DNA of 64,000 bases from a virus (IMGVR_UViG_3300020598_000119), one strand, 5' to 3'; positions 1 through 10,503 are shown, numbered from the stretch's first letter. Notes: generated by a model not told the origin, from the letters alone. Program-made: numbers and translations.

Positions 1-2
1 TG

Positions 3-770
3 GAATCCCTCTGTCGAGTAATTAGCGATCCGGAGATCACAAACGTCGAGAGAGGTTCTCGCGTGGCTGCAGATATATACGCTGCCCTCCGGCTGGTCGA
101 ATCGTGGCCAGAGGAAGGTCCAACAACTTCTGACGTGGTCGAACTCTTCTCAACCGCAGATGCGTCGGCCGGACGCCTGATGCGCCCAGACATCCAGTGG
201 AGCATCGAGGAAGACTCGATGTGGATCGTAGAGCAGATAAAGGTCCTCAGCGAAAGCTGTGACCCATGGACTGCAGTGGAAACTATCCGAGCGATTTGGG
301 CTTCTGGACGCTTCCTCGGCACGTCGAGAAGGATGGCGCTTATGATCGCATCGTGGGTGATAGCCAAGGGCTTCCAGTGTCGCTGGCCAACCTATGGCCT
401 CTCCGATGAAGTGAAATCCAACCTCGACCGTTTCCGTGATGCCGCCCAGATCAGTCATCACTGGAGCATAGAGCTGACCAGCGCCTTGAGCGCCGGGTTC
501 GCTAAGGAGCGACAGAAGCTCAAGGACGCACACGCAGAGCGCGCGGCCTTATTAGCCCTGTGCCCGCCAACGAGAACTTCATCGAGCATCGAACCAGCGA
601 TCAATTTTGTGTTCGAATTCCCATCCTTTACGGCAAAGCTCTTTGCTGGACGTCTCGACATCACCCCTCGCGGGGCCAAGGTGGTGCTGGACCGACTACT
701 CGAAACCAACGTCATTGAAGTCGATGCAGGAGCAAGAAATAGGAAATTCACATGTCGCAGAGTGCTGTAA
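3..770 (+). CDS. 5'-truncated protein, Fic-like/DUF1612-type helical domain plus C-terminal winged HTH
   Basis: The frame is open from the window edge. C-terminal FTAKLFAGRLDITPRGAKVVLDRLLE..EV..GARNRKF is a wHTH of the type ending Fic-like proteins. The canonical Fic motif is degenerate (GRFLGTSRRMALM). Confidence 0.45.
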   Translation, partial: ESLCRVISDPEITNVERGSRVAADIYAALRLVESWPEEGPTTSDVVELFSTADASAGRLMRPDIQWSIEEDSMWIVEQIKVLSESCDPWTAVETIRAIWASGRFLGTSRRMALMIASWVIAKGFQCRWPTYGLSDEVKSNLDRFRDAAQISHHWSIELTSALSAGFAKERQKLKDAHAERAALLALCPPTRTSSSIEPAINFVFEFPSFTAKLFAGRLDITPRGAKVVLDRLLETNVIEVDAGARNRKFTCRRVL

Positions 771-781
771 TCAAAAAATTC

Positions 782-1033
782 ATGCAACTGACGTCCATTG
801 GCCTTCAGGCGGTGAACATTAATCTCGATGTTGTAGAAGAAGAAAACTGTGTAATCGTTAGGGATTATATCGTAGATTTCGATAATGGAATTCAGATTTT
901 CAATGCAAATTCGCCTGAGGCTCCCTTCGTAACGTTCCCTTCCGATGCCTTTTCGAGTGCTGCTTCATTTATATGCATTCAAATTGCCACAGGGATCATT
1001 ACCCGATCCATTGAGGACGCCGAAACCGCTTAA
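782..1033 (+). CDS. hypothetical protein (about 83 aa)
   Basis: ORF fills the gap between two co-oriented genes; start codon uncertain. Confidence 0.55.
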   Translation: MQLTSIGLQAVNINLDVVEEENCVIVRDYIVDFDNGIQIFNANSPEAPFVTFPSDAFSSAASFICIQIATGIITRSIEDAETA

Positions 1034-1098
1034 ACTTGAAAACGGGTATAGATCCGCACAATATTGATTATTCACACACGAAAAGAGCGCTACTACCA

Positions 1099-2055
1099 AT
1101 GCTGCCAAGGTATATCAGCCTGTCTTTGACAGCCATTTTTCTCTTTATATCGGCCTCAATTGCAACGGCTCAGAACTGGTATACCGTCCGCGATTCCGCG
1201 ATGAAACTCGCAGAGCAGGGCAGGGCACAGCAGGCATATTCTGTTGTCGCAGGTGCGGCCGCATCAGGTGAGAACCTGTTCGATAAAGAATTCGTAGCTG
1301 GATGGATCGCCTTGAGGAAACTAAACCGTCCCGACGTCGCTATTACGCACTTCTCAAAAATGGCCATGTCAACGGTCGCCATTAAAGGCGGGGAAAAGAA
1401 CGCGGCAGCGAAGGCTAAGGCGGGTTATTGGCTCGGACGCGCACTTAAGCAGAATGGAAGGACGGAAGAAGCAAAGCGCTTATTCAAAGCATCTGTAGCT
1501 TATCCCAACACCTTCTATGGACAGCTATCTGCCTCCGAAATCGGCTATAAGATTGGGTACGACCAGGTTAAGCATCTAGCTTCGTCATACCCAATCAAGA
1601 AGCTATATTGGTATGACACCCGTGTAAGAAAAGAATTTGTTCACGCGATTATCCGTGAGGAATCTCGCTTCAACCAAAACGCTCTCAGCAACAAGGCAGC
1701 CAGAGGTATGATGCAAGTTCTCGACGGAACAGCCCGTGAAGTTGGCAAAAATGCTGGCGTAAATATCGACACAAATATGATGAGAAATAATGCCGACTAC
1801 AACATTGTCGTCGGCTCTAGGTATCTCGCTGATCAGATGTCGAAATACAACAACGCCATGCTTGCCGCTGCCGCCTACAATGCAGGTCCAACCAGGCCCG
1901 ATGAATGGCTTGGACGTTTCGGAGACCCAAGGGGAGGATCGGTAGATCCTGTTGATTGGGCAGAAAGCATTCCATTCCGTGAAACACGCGATTACGTCCA
2001 GAAGGTGATCGGCTCCTATGTGACCTATCTAGCACTAGAGAGCAGGGGCAAATGA
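1099..2055 (+). CDS. soluble lytic murein transglycosylase (SLT domain) with signal peptide
   Basis: AIIREESRF (catalytic Glu), ARGMMQV, AAYNAGP and IPFRETRDYV motifs; hydrophobic N-terminus ending ATA-Q. Confidence 0.92.
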   Translation: MLPRYISLSLTAIFLFISASIATAQNWYTVRDSAMKLAEQGRAQQAYSVVAGAAASGENLFDKEFVAGWIALRKLNRPDVAITHFSKMAMSTVAIKGGEKNAAAKAKAGYWLGRALKQNGRTEEAKRLFKASVAYPNTFYGQLSASEIGYKIGYDQVKHLASSYPIKKLYWYDTRVRKEFVHAIIREESRFNQNALSNKAARGMMQVLDGTAREVGKNAGVNIDTNMMRNNADYNIVVGSRYLADQMSKYNNAMLAAAAYNAGPTRPDEWLGRFGDPRGGSVDPVDWAESIPFRETRDYVQKVIGSYVTYLALESRGK

Positions 2056-2753
2056 TTATAAAGGCACTGAGCTGGAACATCCACAAATGTGTTGGAAACG
2101 ACCAAAAACGGTGCTCAACCCGCATTCTTTCAACGATCAAGGAAATATCCCCAGACATTGCAATTCTTCAGGAGGTTGACCGAAAGGTAGGCCGCAAACG
2201 GGCGACGTTGCCCATCAATGACCTGGAACATCTTTCTGGAATGCGAGCCGTATTATCGGAAGCCTGCCCCAACCGTTCCATCGGATGGCGCGGAAATCTG
2301 CTTTTGGTGAAACCTGGCATCGTTTGTCTCAAGCAAACCAACATTTCCCTACCATCTTTAGAGCCTCGCGGGGCTGTGATCTGGGAACTAGAAAAGGATG
2401 GAATATCTTTTGACGCTATCGGCATGCACCTCGGACTTCTCGGCATCAACAGGCGAAGACAGGTAGGTGCAATTGCATCAGCCATTGCAATGAAAGCACC
2501 AATTTCAACGATAGTTGCAGGTGATTCAAATGATTGGTGGTGGAAAAGTATGGAACTTTCAGTTCTCGAAGACGTGTTGGGGAGCCAAGCTATCAAGCTC
2601 AAAACGTTCCCATCGAAAAAGCCGATTTTCGCTTTAGACAAAACACTCGCGGGACGCGGAGCACATATTGAAGACCAACAGGTGATCAGAAACATCGCCG
2701 CCTCAGATCACCTGCCATTGCTCACCGAAATTAGAATCGGCGAGGTTTCGTAA
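2052..2753 (+). CDS. endonuclease/exonuclease/phosphatase (EEP) family protein
   Basis: SWNIH, LQEVD, HL, GDSN and SDHLPL motifs; ATGA overlap with the SLT gene. Confidence 0.88.
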   Translation: MIIKALSWNIHKCVGNDQKRCSTRILSTIKEISPDIAILQEVDRKVGRKRATLPINDLEHLSGMRAVLSEACPNRSIGWRGNLLLVKPGIVCLKQTNISLPSLEPRGAVIWELEKDGISFDAIGMHLGLLGINRRRQVGAIASAIAMKAPISTIVAGDSNDWWWKSMELSVLEDVLGSQAIKLKTFPSKKPIFALDKTLAGRGAHIEDQQVIRNIAASDHLPLLTEIRIGEVS

Positions 2754-3543
2754 ACTGAACACTGGCTTGCTGAATGACAGGTTCTGGAGCTTCGACCACA
2801 GGAGACGGCACTGCCCGAACCGGACGTGCGCGCTTTGGAGCCACCTTCGGTTTTGGACTTGCAGCAGGCGCTGCATATGCGACTTCTACACCAATATCTG
2901 GATAACGCGTGGTCAGCTCATCCGTCTGAGCTGTATAAATCCTCGACGGAGCTTGAGCCTCTGAAGCGATAGCGACTGGCGTCACATCAAATTTTTCTGC
3001 AGTGATTTCACGCGGGCGCGCAGTTGGGGTAGGGGCAACGGTACTCAAGGCCAGCATCACAGGATCGGCGGGCTGCGAAGGCTGAACTGTTCGCTTCTCG
3101 CGATCCAAGGTCTTTGATTTCTGCGAACGCTGATGTTGCTGAATGCTGGCAATAAGGGTTGTAGGTTCCGCTGCAGGAGCCACTTGATTCCCGCCGACAT
3201 TAGAAGATGGCACTACACCTCTCGGCCCAACCGATGAACCTTCAAGTTTTGCCACCAATTGAGCAACTGCCTGACTAGGCTTGGCGGAGTTCATAATCTC
3301 CGCAACCTTTGTAGTTTGTGTTGGAGCGGACGGATTGCGGGTGTTGAGGCCGCCCGCGACAAGAATTCCCTTGATATCGTTCTGAACGGCAACTGATTTA
3401 GGGGCCTTGTAGATACCGCTAAAAGTCTTCACGTGTGACGATGCCGTAGTTGCCTTCTGTGTCGCAGTCGAACAGCCTGCCACAGCCACCAACGCGGCAG
3501 TCGCTAGACATGACTGAATCAATTTCATGCTACGCATTTTCAA
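2731..3543 (-). CDS. putative lipoprotein, Pro/Ala-rich C-terminus
   Basis: Basic N-terminus, hydrophobic stretch and lipobox VAGC. Confidence 0.65.
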   Translation of the reverse strand: MKMRSMKLIQSCLATAALVAVAGCSTATQKATTASSHVKTFSGIYKAPKSVAVQNDIKGILVAGGLNTRNPSAPTQTTKVAEIMNSAKPSQAVAQLVAKLEGSSVGPRGVVPSSNVGGNQVAPAAEPTTLIASIQQHQRSQKSKTLDREKRTVQPSQPADPVMLALSTVAPTPTARPREITAEKFDVTPVAIASEAQAPSRIYTAQTDELTTRYPDIGVEVAYAAPAASPKPKVAPKRARPVRAVPSPVVEAPEPVIQQASVQFTKPRRF

Positions 3544-3678
3544 TCCCGTGTGGCATTATTCTCACATATATTATTCACGATAAGCCAACGGTTCAACCCC
3601 AATTTACCTTGACTTGAGCGTAGGCAGGTAGAATCATTGAAAGAATAATGCGGCAAATTGTGTGTGAAGGAGAAAATT

Positions 3679-4092
3679 ATGAATTTTAAAGCAAAATTAT
3701 TGGCATATCACGCAATAGCCGCAGCAATTGCCGTCATTCCAATGCAGTCGGTGGCTTCTGACATCGACATCAAATACGAAAAATTTCCTCTAACCAGTCC
3801 TGAGGCTCAACAAATCTGGGCAACAGAATCCAATGACGCCACTCCTCTCGGAGAAGAAAAACCGTGGGCAATGATCGCCAAGGTGAAGGTGCCAGGGAAG
3901 AAGGACCTTGTCGTCAGTCAGCTCTTTTCATCGATGCACTGTGGCGGAATGGAATGCCCGATCAAAATTATGCAAGAGGGAAAGGTAATTAATGAAGGCA
4001 TGGCGTGCGACGCCTATGAATACCATGAGCTTTCCGACGACCATGAAGCCTTGATGGCTTGCGACGCCATTATCCCTCTTGATCTAAAATAA
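3679..4092 (+). CDS. secreted hypothetical protein with C-x4-C motif
   Basis: AAGGAG RBS, signal peptide, HCGGMECPIKI motif. Confidence 0.75.
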   Translation: MNFKAKLLAYHAIAAAIAVIPMQSVASDIDIKYEKFPLTSPEAQQIWATESNDATPLGEEKPWAMIAKVKVPGKKDLVVSQLFSSMHCGGMECPIKIMQEGKVINEGMACDAYEYHELSDDHEALMACDAIIPLDLK

Positions 4093-4103
4093 GGAGCAAG
4101 GGG

Positions 4104-5543
4104 ATGAGAATAGCCTTTGTCAGCGCGCTAGCCATATTAATATCCGCTAGCTCCCTCTATCCGGCGAGAGCTAATACCACTGGCGGCAATCAGGGCGGCG
4201 AAGAAGTGGTGTCTGAAAATAAGTGCGACTTCAATGATATTTTGGCTGGCTTCGAATCAAAAGGAGCAGGCGGATACCAAGCTGAAAACCGATATGGCTA
4301 TCTCGGTAAATATCAGATGGGCAAGTCAGCTTTGACAGATCTTGGCTACATGAAAAATGGAAGTTGGACAGGCAAGGACGGCATCTATTCGAAAGCTGAC
4401 TTCAAAAACAGTCCAGCTGTCCAAGAAAAAGCCCAAGAATCATGGAAAAGCTTGCTGGGCCAGAGAATGGCTGGTTCAAATTCTTTTCTAGGATCAAATC
4501 TTAGCTGCGGCAAACCGCTGACGCAGTCTGGAATGCTTATGGGCGCTCACCTTGTCGGCCCTGGCGGTGCCAGCGAATATCTCAAATCTGGCGGTTTCTG
4601 CGGTAAAGCGGGTCAGGTTTCACCAAGCGGCCATCGTCTTCGCTACAACACCATCGACGGAAATAACACCTGTGCTGGAAAGTACATGTGCGCCGGATCA
4701 GGTTGCGAGACCATCTCAAAGGACATGAACAAAAAAACCTGCGAGGTCGTGATGCCAATGATCGAAGCGATCTCATGCGAAAAAATGCCTGCAGGTTTGC
4801 AAAGCTTCTGCAACACCTACAAGCCATATCTCATGACGCGCTCTGAGTGCTCGGACGCAGAAAGCATGGCGGAAAAGGCAGAGAAAGGCCCGAACAAGGA
4901 ACAGTGCGAAAACCTTTCCTTCGGACCTGGCACGGGCAGCTGGTCGTTCGTTCTAGCCTGCTCATTTGGAGGTGAGTTCGTTGCCGACCAAGACGGTCAG
5001 CAGAATCCTGACGGCCCGATGTCTGATCCAGCTTGCGTTGAAAAACTTAAGGGTATGGGTGTTCAGCCGCGAGTTCTTGGTCAGTATAACTACAGCACTG
5101 GTGGCCAAAGCTGTGTCGTGGAGAACGCCGTATCGGTAAACGGTGCTGCGGTTCCATTCGGTAAATGGGTAACTATGACCTGTGACATGGCTGTTGCGCT
5201 GGAACAGTGGGGCCAAAAACTGAAGGGGCTTGGGGTGACAGGCTATACAGACGTGCAGTCATTGAGCTGCCGCCAGATGCGCACCAAGAGTGGCGTTAAG
5301 AAGAACATGTCTGAACACGGCTACGGCCGCGCAGTCGACATCCCAGGTGTCATAGTCGGTGGACGTCGCATCAGCTTTGGCATGATCCATAAGCCAGCCA
5401 CTCCTGAAGGCGCAATCATGGTACAGGCAAGGCAAATGGCTTGCGCCACTTTCCGACAGGTTCTTTCTCCGCTCTGGAGCGAGTATGCAGGTACGTATGC
5501 GCACTTCCATGTAGAGTGGGGAAAATACAGGAGTTGCAATTGA
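4104..5543 (+). CDS. secreted two-domain peptidoglycan hydrolase: lysozyme/transglycosylase-like N-domain plus extensin-like (M15 Zn-peptidase fold) C-domain
   Basis: Signal peptide; FES..GGY...N.YGYLGKYQMG lysozyme-like motif; C-terminal CR...SEHGYGRAVDI...HFHVE; Cys-rich linker. Confidence 0.72.
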   Translation: MRIAFVSALAILISASSLYPARANTTGGNQGGEEVVSENKCDFNDILAGFESKGAGGYQAENRYGYLGKYQMGKSALTDLGYMKNGSWTGKDGIYSKADFKNSPAVQEKAQESWKSLLGQRMAGSNSFLGSNLSCGKPLTQSGMLMGAHLVGPGGASEYLKSGGFCGKAGQVSPSGHRLRYNTIDGNNTCAGKYMCAGSGCETISKDMNKKTCEVVMPMIEAISCEKMPAGLQSFCNTYKPYLMTRSECSDAESMAEKAEKGPNKEQCENLSFGPGTGSWSFVLACSFGGEFVADQDGQQNPDGPMSDPACVEKLKGMGVQPRVLGQYNYSTGGQSCVVENAVSVNGAAVPFGKWVTMTCDMAVALEQWGQKLKGLGVTGYTDVQSLSCRQMRTKSGVKKNMSEHGYGRAVDIPGVIVGGRRISFGMIHKPATPEGAIMVQARQMACATFRQVLSPLWSEYAGTYAHFHVEWGKYRSCN

Positions 5544-5548
5544 TCACA

Positions 5549-6142
5549 ATGAAGAAAATACTGCTCGCTTCGGTGTTTTCATTCGTTAGCTTGTATGCTT
5601 GCGCCGAATCCGTTCCGTTGAAATTACCTGATGCCGAAGGTGAGATCGTAATCAAAGACGCCGCCGAGGCCACCAACGTTATTGGCCAAATTGAGGACGA
5701 TCCCGAGATCGAAACCCACACTGACAAATTTCTTGAACGAGGATATAAGCTACCGAACTGGATCAATAGCGGCTCACTGGTAGATAAAGTCTACGAAGAA
5801 TTAGCTGCACCCGATTACGAACAGAGGAACGGAAAGCCGAATCCTCTCGGTTTTGGCATTGAAATCGCTCAGGCATATATCACTAAACGCGGCTTCTATG
5901 ACCTAATCGTCGCCTCCAGAATGCCAGGTGATTGCAGTCCAGATGGTTGTCTATTCCAGATTTACAGCTTGATTGGACAACAATGGTTCAAACAGCTCGA
6001 ATTTCATGCTTATGATATCGCTTTTAAGGATGGGAAAGTGGAGGACGTGACACTCGTAGCGGCGATTGCCGAGGCATCGGGAAAAAGCAAAATCTTCACT
6101 TGGGATGCAGAGAAATTCGTCGAGTACGGCTCAAATAAATAG
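5549..6142 (+). CDS. secreted hypothetical protein with C-x4-C motif
   Basis: MKKILLASVFSFVSLYACA signal peptide; DCSPDGCLFQIY motif. Confidence 0.75.
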   Translation: MKKILLASVFSFVSLYACAESVPLKLPDAEGEIVIKDAAEATNVIGQIEDDPEIETHTDKFLERGYKLPNWINSGSLVDKVYEELAAPDYEQRNGKPNPLGFGIEIAQAYITKRGFYDLIVASRMPGDCSPDGCLFQIYSLIGQQWFKQLEFHAYDIAFKDGKVEDVTLVAAIAEASGKSKIFTWDAEKFVEYGSNK

Positions 6143-6260
6143 CAGAACCAGAACCTCATTACGATAAAAGGCCTGCCATAATGATTGTGGCGGGCCATTT
6201 GATTGTGCAAGTGTTGTTTGCGCAGTAATTGGCAGTGGCACACCAGCGAAAATCCTCAAC

Positions 6261-6297
6261 AAAAAAAGCCCTCGGAGATTACCTCGCCGAGGGCTTT
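6261..6297 (-). terminator. intrinsic terminator
   Basis: AAAGCCCTCGG/CCGAGGGCTTT inverted repeat with a T7 tail on the minus strand, just after the 6314 stop. Confidence 0.8.
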
Positions 6298-6313
6298 CGC
6301 ATGCAATTGAAGA

Positions 6314-7663
6314 TTATCTCTTCAGGAACGGAGGAGGGGCAAAAGGTTTACGAGGTTTTGGTGCCTCGGTCGCTTCCTTTTTTGGCTCTTCTTCAGCCTT
6401 AACAGGTTCAATGACCGTTTCCTCAACCTTTGCCGCAACAGCCGGAGTCTCGGCGGCCGGAGCATCCTCCAGGAAGTTCATATCGTCGATATTCTCGACA
6501 ACCGACACATCAGCAGAGGTGACTTCTTCCTCGCCGCTGATCGGGAAGGTTTCATCATCAGAAATGCCAACGTAATCGTCGCTCTGATATTCCTCATAGT
6601 CATCGACCATTTCGTCCTCATTGCCAGCATATTGGTCGAGGTCGTCAACGACATCCTCAACGATAGCCCCTTCCTCAGAAAAGTTTTCTGCAGCTTCCTC
6701 AATGAAGATATCTTCGGCTACAGGTGCTTCATCGGACTCGACGGTGGCCTCTACGGCAACTGGCTCTTCGATTGGGTCGACCACATCTTCATTGCCAGAG
6801 GCTTCGGGAGCGGCTTCCTCAACGACAGCCACAACTGCCTCTTCAACCAGAACTTCCTCAGCTGGAAGAACGAACTTAATTTCGGCGGCCTGGTCTTCAA
6901 CAGCCGTGATCACATTACCGAACGCGTCATATACGCTCGCGTTGAATGCATCCTGCTCTGGATCGCGAGAGATATCCGACAAAAATGCGCGGAAAAATTC
7001 GAGGTCTAGATGCGCGCCTTCCTTGGCTGCTACGCTCGAAGCAATAGCGAGCGCGTCATTCAAAATGGCCTTAACAGCCTCAACGCGGGCCGCATCAAAA
7101 TCTGCGGTCGCCTCGTCAATGAGATCCACGATCTCGGAGATTTCAGCGTCATTTCCAGCAACAGAAATCTGCTCCTGCACTTCAGCTCCACCAGCTTCTG
7201 GTTCAGGTGGGACAACAACCTCCACGGCGGCATCGGGAGCCTCTTCGACGACTGCAGGCTCAGCAGTAACAGGCTTTTCCGGCTTCGTTTCGCCAGACAG
7301 CTCCTCGGTTTCAGACGCTTCTTCGGACTTGTCCTTGCGCTTACGGCGGACAGGTTTCTCGGTTGCTGGTGCGGTCGCCGTCACGGCGTCTTCGCCAGCA
7401 ATCGCGCCAATCGCAAAAAGGGTCTGATTGATCTCTTCGATGGCCTTACGAGCCTTAGCCTTGGAGAGGCCTGCTTCTTCCATTTCAACCAGAACAGCAT
7501 CAAACGCAGCATTCATATCGGAAAGATGCGATTTTGCCTCTTCAAGGCGCTGCTTTGCCTCTTCGATGCCAGCCCTGGCATCTTCGACACCAGCCTTTGC
7601 CTTATCAACAGCAAGAGCGGCTTCACTACCCTTGCCAATAATCAGATTTCGAAGATCGGTCAT
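6314..7663 (-). CDS. hypothetical protein: N-terminal coiled coil, long acidic low-complexity region
   Basis: AGGAG RBS before ATG 7663; E/D/A/V-rich; downstream of gyrA in the same orientation. Confidence 0.8.
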   Translation of the reverse strand: MTDLRNLIIGKGSEAALAVDKAKAGVEDARAGIEEAKQRLEEAKSHLSDMNAAFDAVLVEMEEAGLSKAKARKAIEEINQTLFAIGAIAGEDAVTATAPATEKPVRRKRKDKSEEASETEELSGETKPEKPVTAEPAVVEEAPDAAVEVVVPPEPEAGGAEVQEQISVAGNDAEISEIVDLIDEATADFDAARVEAVKAILNDALAIASSVAAKEGAHLDLEFFRAFLSDISRDPEQDAFNASVYDAFGNVITAVEDQAAEIKFVLPAEEVLVEEAVVAVVEEAAPEASGNEDVVDPIEEPVAVEATVESDEAPVAEDIFIEEAAENFSEEGAIVEDVVDDLDQYAGNEDEMVDDYEEYQSDDYVGISDDETFPISGEEEVTSADVSVVENIDDMNFLEDAPAAETPAVAAKVEETVIEPVKAEEEPKKEATEAPKPRKPFAPPPFLKR

Positions 7664-7749
7664 TGTCTTTAATTGCTCCTGAATTATTCGAATTATTCTG
7701 ACAACTATTTTGGGTGACGAATTCGCATTCGTCACCCAAAAACATTTAT

Positions 7750-10503
7750 TTATTCCACATTTTCTGAGGCGTCGATTTCGACGTCAGCGTCAGCGAGTGG
7801 TGTAACCACTTCAGAGTCGTCGATTTCATCCGCACCGACCTTGGCGACGCTCACGATGCGCTGACCTTCAGGCAGATGGAACATCTTGACACCACGTGTC
7901 GCACGTCCCGTCTTACGGACATCCTTGACGCGGGTACGAATTGCCTGGCCACCGTCCGTGATCATAACGAGACCGTCGTCATCGACAACCGGGAAGCATG
8001 CAACGAGCGGGCCAGTTGCGGCGCTAACGTTTGCAGCGGCGAAGCCCTTAGCACCACGAGCGGTCGTGCGGTACCCGTAAGCAGATGAGCGCTTACCAAA
8101 GCCTTTTGCCGAGATGGTGAGCAAGAACTCTTCGTTTGCCCGCATTTCAGCCATGCGCTCATCAGACAGATCGACCGTATAGCTTTCACCAGTCTCCTGA
8201 AGATCAACCGTCGTACGACCGCCTGCAAGGTAGGCCTTCCGCTCGTCCGCCGAAGCGGGGACATGCTTCAGTACGGATGCTGCAATCACTTCGTTCCCAT
8301 TTACCAAGGTGATGGCCTTCACACCCGTACCACTGCGGCTCTTGACTTCACGAACGTCGTCAACTGGGAAGCGCACGCATTCCTTGTCGCGAGTAACTAC
8401 GATCACGTCGTCTTCGTTCGAGCAAAGCAGAACTTCAACCAAACGGCCTTCAGGGTTGCCATGCTCATCTTCAAGCTTGATGGCAATCTTGCCCGCCTTG
8501 TTGATACCCCAGAATGCCTTCGCATCATTTCGACGGATCGAACCAAAGTCAGTGACGAACACAAGGCTTTTGTTTTCCAACGCCGCTTCCTCTTCCGGCA
8601 TCGCGATAACAGCCGAAATAGTTTCGCCTTCACGGAGCGGCACGAAGTTGACCAGAGGGCGGCCCTTCGAGGACGGTGCGCCTTCAGGTAGCTTGTAAGC
8701 CTTCAAAGAATGGGCGATGCCACGGCTAGTGAAGAAAACAAGTGGGGTCTTGGTCGTGCAAATGATCGTCGACTGAACAAAGTCGTCGTCCTTCGTTTCC
8801 ATACCATTGCGGCCCTTGCCACCACGCTTCTGCTCGCGATATGCCGAAAGCTCAGTCGCCTTCACATAACCAGACCTGCTGATCGTGATAACAATGTCAC
8901 GGCGCTCGATGAGGTCTTCATCGTCGATGTCTTCAGCGTCATATGGGCTGATTGCCGTAATACGCTCCGATGAGAACTTCGCACGAACTTCCTCGAATTC
9001 ATTGCGAATTACGTCGTTCATGACGGAAACGTCGTTAAGGATCAGAATAAAACCCTGGATTTGTTGCGAAAGTTCACGGACCTTCGTCGCTACTTCATCA
9101 CGCGCAATACCCGTCAAACGGGACAGACGCATTTCGAGAATGGTATCAGCCTGAATGACAGACAGCGTGAAAACTTCACCGACCGGATTATCGGGATCAG
9201 CTTCAAGGAGCAGCTGCGCGAAATCACCAGAAGTCGGGAATTCCATTGCCATCAACCGTGCACGAGCAGTTTCGACATCTGGAGACGTCTTAATCGTGTT
9301 CACGATCTCATCAATCTTCGAAACGGCCGCGTACAATCCGAGTTGTTTGTGAAGAGCATCACGAGCCTGATTAAGTTCGAATTCAGTGCGGCGTCGAACT
9401 ACGACACGACGGAATGCGACAAATTCGTTCAGAATATCGAGAAGTGGCATTTCAAGCGGCTTACCACGGCTGTTCAGAACAGTTGCATTGTATGAAAACG
9501 AGGATACAAGACTCGTCTTCTTTTTGAGCGTGTTCAGAATGATATTCGGATCGACGTCGCGGCGAAGATCAATGGCAACGCGAAGCGGAGATACACGGTC
9601 GGCTTCGTCACGAATTTCAGTGATGCCTTCGATTTCCTTCTTATTAGCCAGTTCGGCGACACGCTCCTGGAAAGCCTTCGAGCTGTAGCCATACGGCAGT
9701 TCAGTCACGATGATCTGGGTCTTGCCATTCTTCAGCTCAACGATCTCTGCCTTGCCCGCAATGCGGATGGAGCCGCGACCCGTGCGATAGGCTTCACGGA
9801 TGCCACCAGTGCCCTGAATGGTGCCAGCCGTTGGGAAATCAGGCCCAGGAAGCACAGTCATGACTTCATCGAGTGTGGCGTTTGGATTGTCCAGAACCAT
9901 CAGACAGGCATCGAGCGTCTCACCGAGGTTGTGTGGCGGAATATTCGTCGCCATGGCAACCGCGATCCCCTGCTGGCCGTTGACTAGAAGGTTAGGGAAA
10001 CGGACAGGCAGAACCTTCGGCTCCTGCTGGCGGCCATCGTAGTTAGGCTGCCAATCAACCGTATCCTTATCAATGTCGGCAACAGCGTAGTGTGCCAAGC
10101 GTGTCATACGCGATTCCGTATAGCGCATTGCAGCCGCGCCATCGCCGTCACGAGAGCCAAAGTTACCCTGACCGTCGATCAACGGATGACGTTGCGACCA
10201 AGGTTGCGCCAGTCTGACCATCGTCTCATAAATTGCAGCATCGCCATGCGGGTGGTAATTACCCATGACGTCACCGACAATCTTTGCGGACTTATTATAC
10301 GAGCGATTTGCATGGTAACCTCCCTCGTTCATGGCATGAACGATACGGCGATGGACTGGCTTCATGCCATCACGAACGTCAGGAACTGCACGGCTCACGA
10401 TAACGCTCATTGCATAGTTCAGATAAGAACTATTCATCATGTTCTCGATTGTCACATCGAGAATGCCTGTCTTTTCGGAATTTTGTTCGATTTCCATATC
10501 CAT
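7750..10503 (-). CDS. gyrA: DNA gyrase subunit A
   Basis: VPDVRDGMKPVHRR, YHPHGD, AAMRYTE (catalytic Tyr), GyrA-box QKRGGKG and C-terminal beta-pinwheel repeats. Confidence 0.97.
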   Translation of the reverse strand: MDMEIEQNSEKTGILDVTIENMMNSSYLNYAMSVIVSRAVPDVRDGMKPVHRRIVHAMNEGGYHANRSYNKSAKIVGDVMGNYHPHGDAAIYETMVRLAQPWSQRHPLIDGQGNFGSRDGDGAAAMRYTESRMTRLAHYAVADIDKDTVDWQPNYDGRQQEPKVLPVRFPNLLVNGQQGIAVAMATNIPPHNLGETLDACLMVLDNPNATLDEVMTVLPGPDFPTAGTIQGTGGIREAYRTGRGSIRIAGKAEIVELKNGKTQIIVTELPYGYSSKAFQERVAELANKKEIEGITEIRDEADRVSPLRVAIDLRRDVDPNIILNTLKKKTSLVSSFSYNATVLNSRGKPLEMPLLDILNEFVAFRRVVVRRRTEFELNQARDALHKQLGLYAAVSKIDEIVNTIKTSPDVETARARLMAMEFPTSGDFAQLLLEADPDNPVGEVFTLSVIQADTILEMRLSRLTGIARDEVATKVRELSQQIQGFILILNDVSVMNDVIRNEFEEVRAKFSSERITAISPYDAEDIDDEDLIERRDIVITISRSGYVKATELSAYREQKRGGKGRNGMETKDDDFVQSTIICTTKTPLVFFTSRGIAHSLKAYKLPEGAPSSKGRPLVNFVPLREGETISAVIAMPEEEAALENKSLVFVTDFGSIRRNDAKAFWGINKAGKIAIKLEDEHGNPEGRLVEVLLCSNEDDVIVVTRDKECVRFPVDDVREVKSRSGTGVKAITLVNGNEVIAASVLKHVPASADERKAYLAGGRTTVDLQETGESYTVDLSDERMAEMRANEEFLLTISAKGFGKRSSAYGYRTTARGAKGFAAANVSAATGPLVACFPVVDDDGLVMITDGGQAIRTRVKDVRKTGRATRGVKMFHLPEGQRIVSVAKVGADEIDDSEVVTPLADADVEIDASENVE

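Noticed and set aside
782-1033. Paralogy with the 42841-43191 protein (similar C-terminal helix pattern ending I...IE)
   Set aside because: The similarity is too weak to support by eye.
6621-7682. Long + strand ORFs opposite the acidic protein, and similar antisense ORFs over gyrA, gyrB, recA and uvrD
   Set aside because: They are shadow frames of real genes on the other strand.
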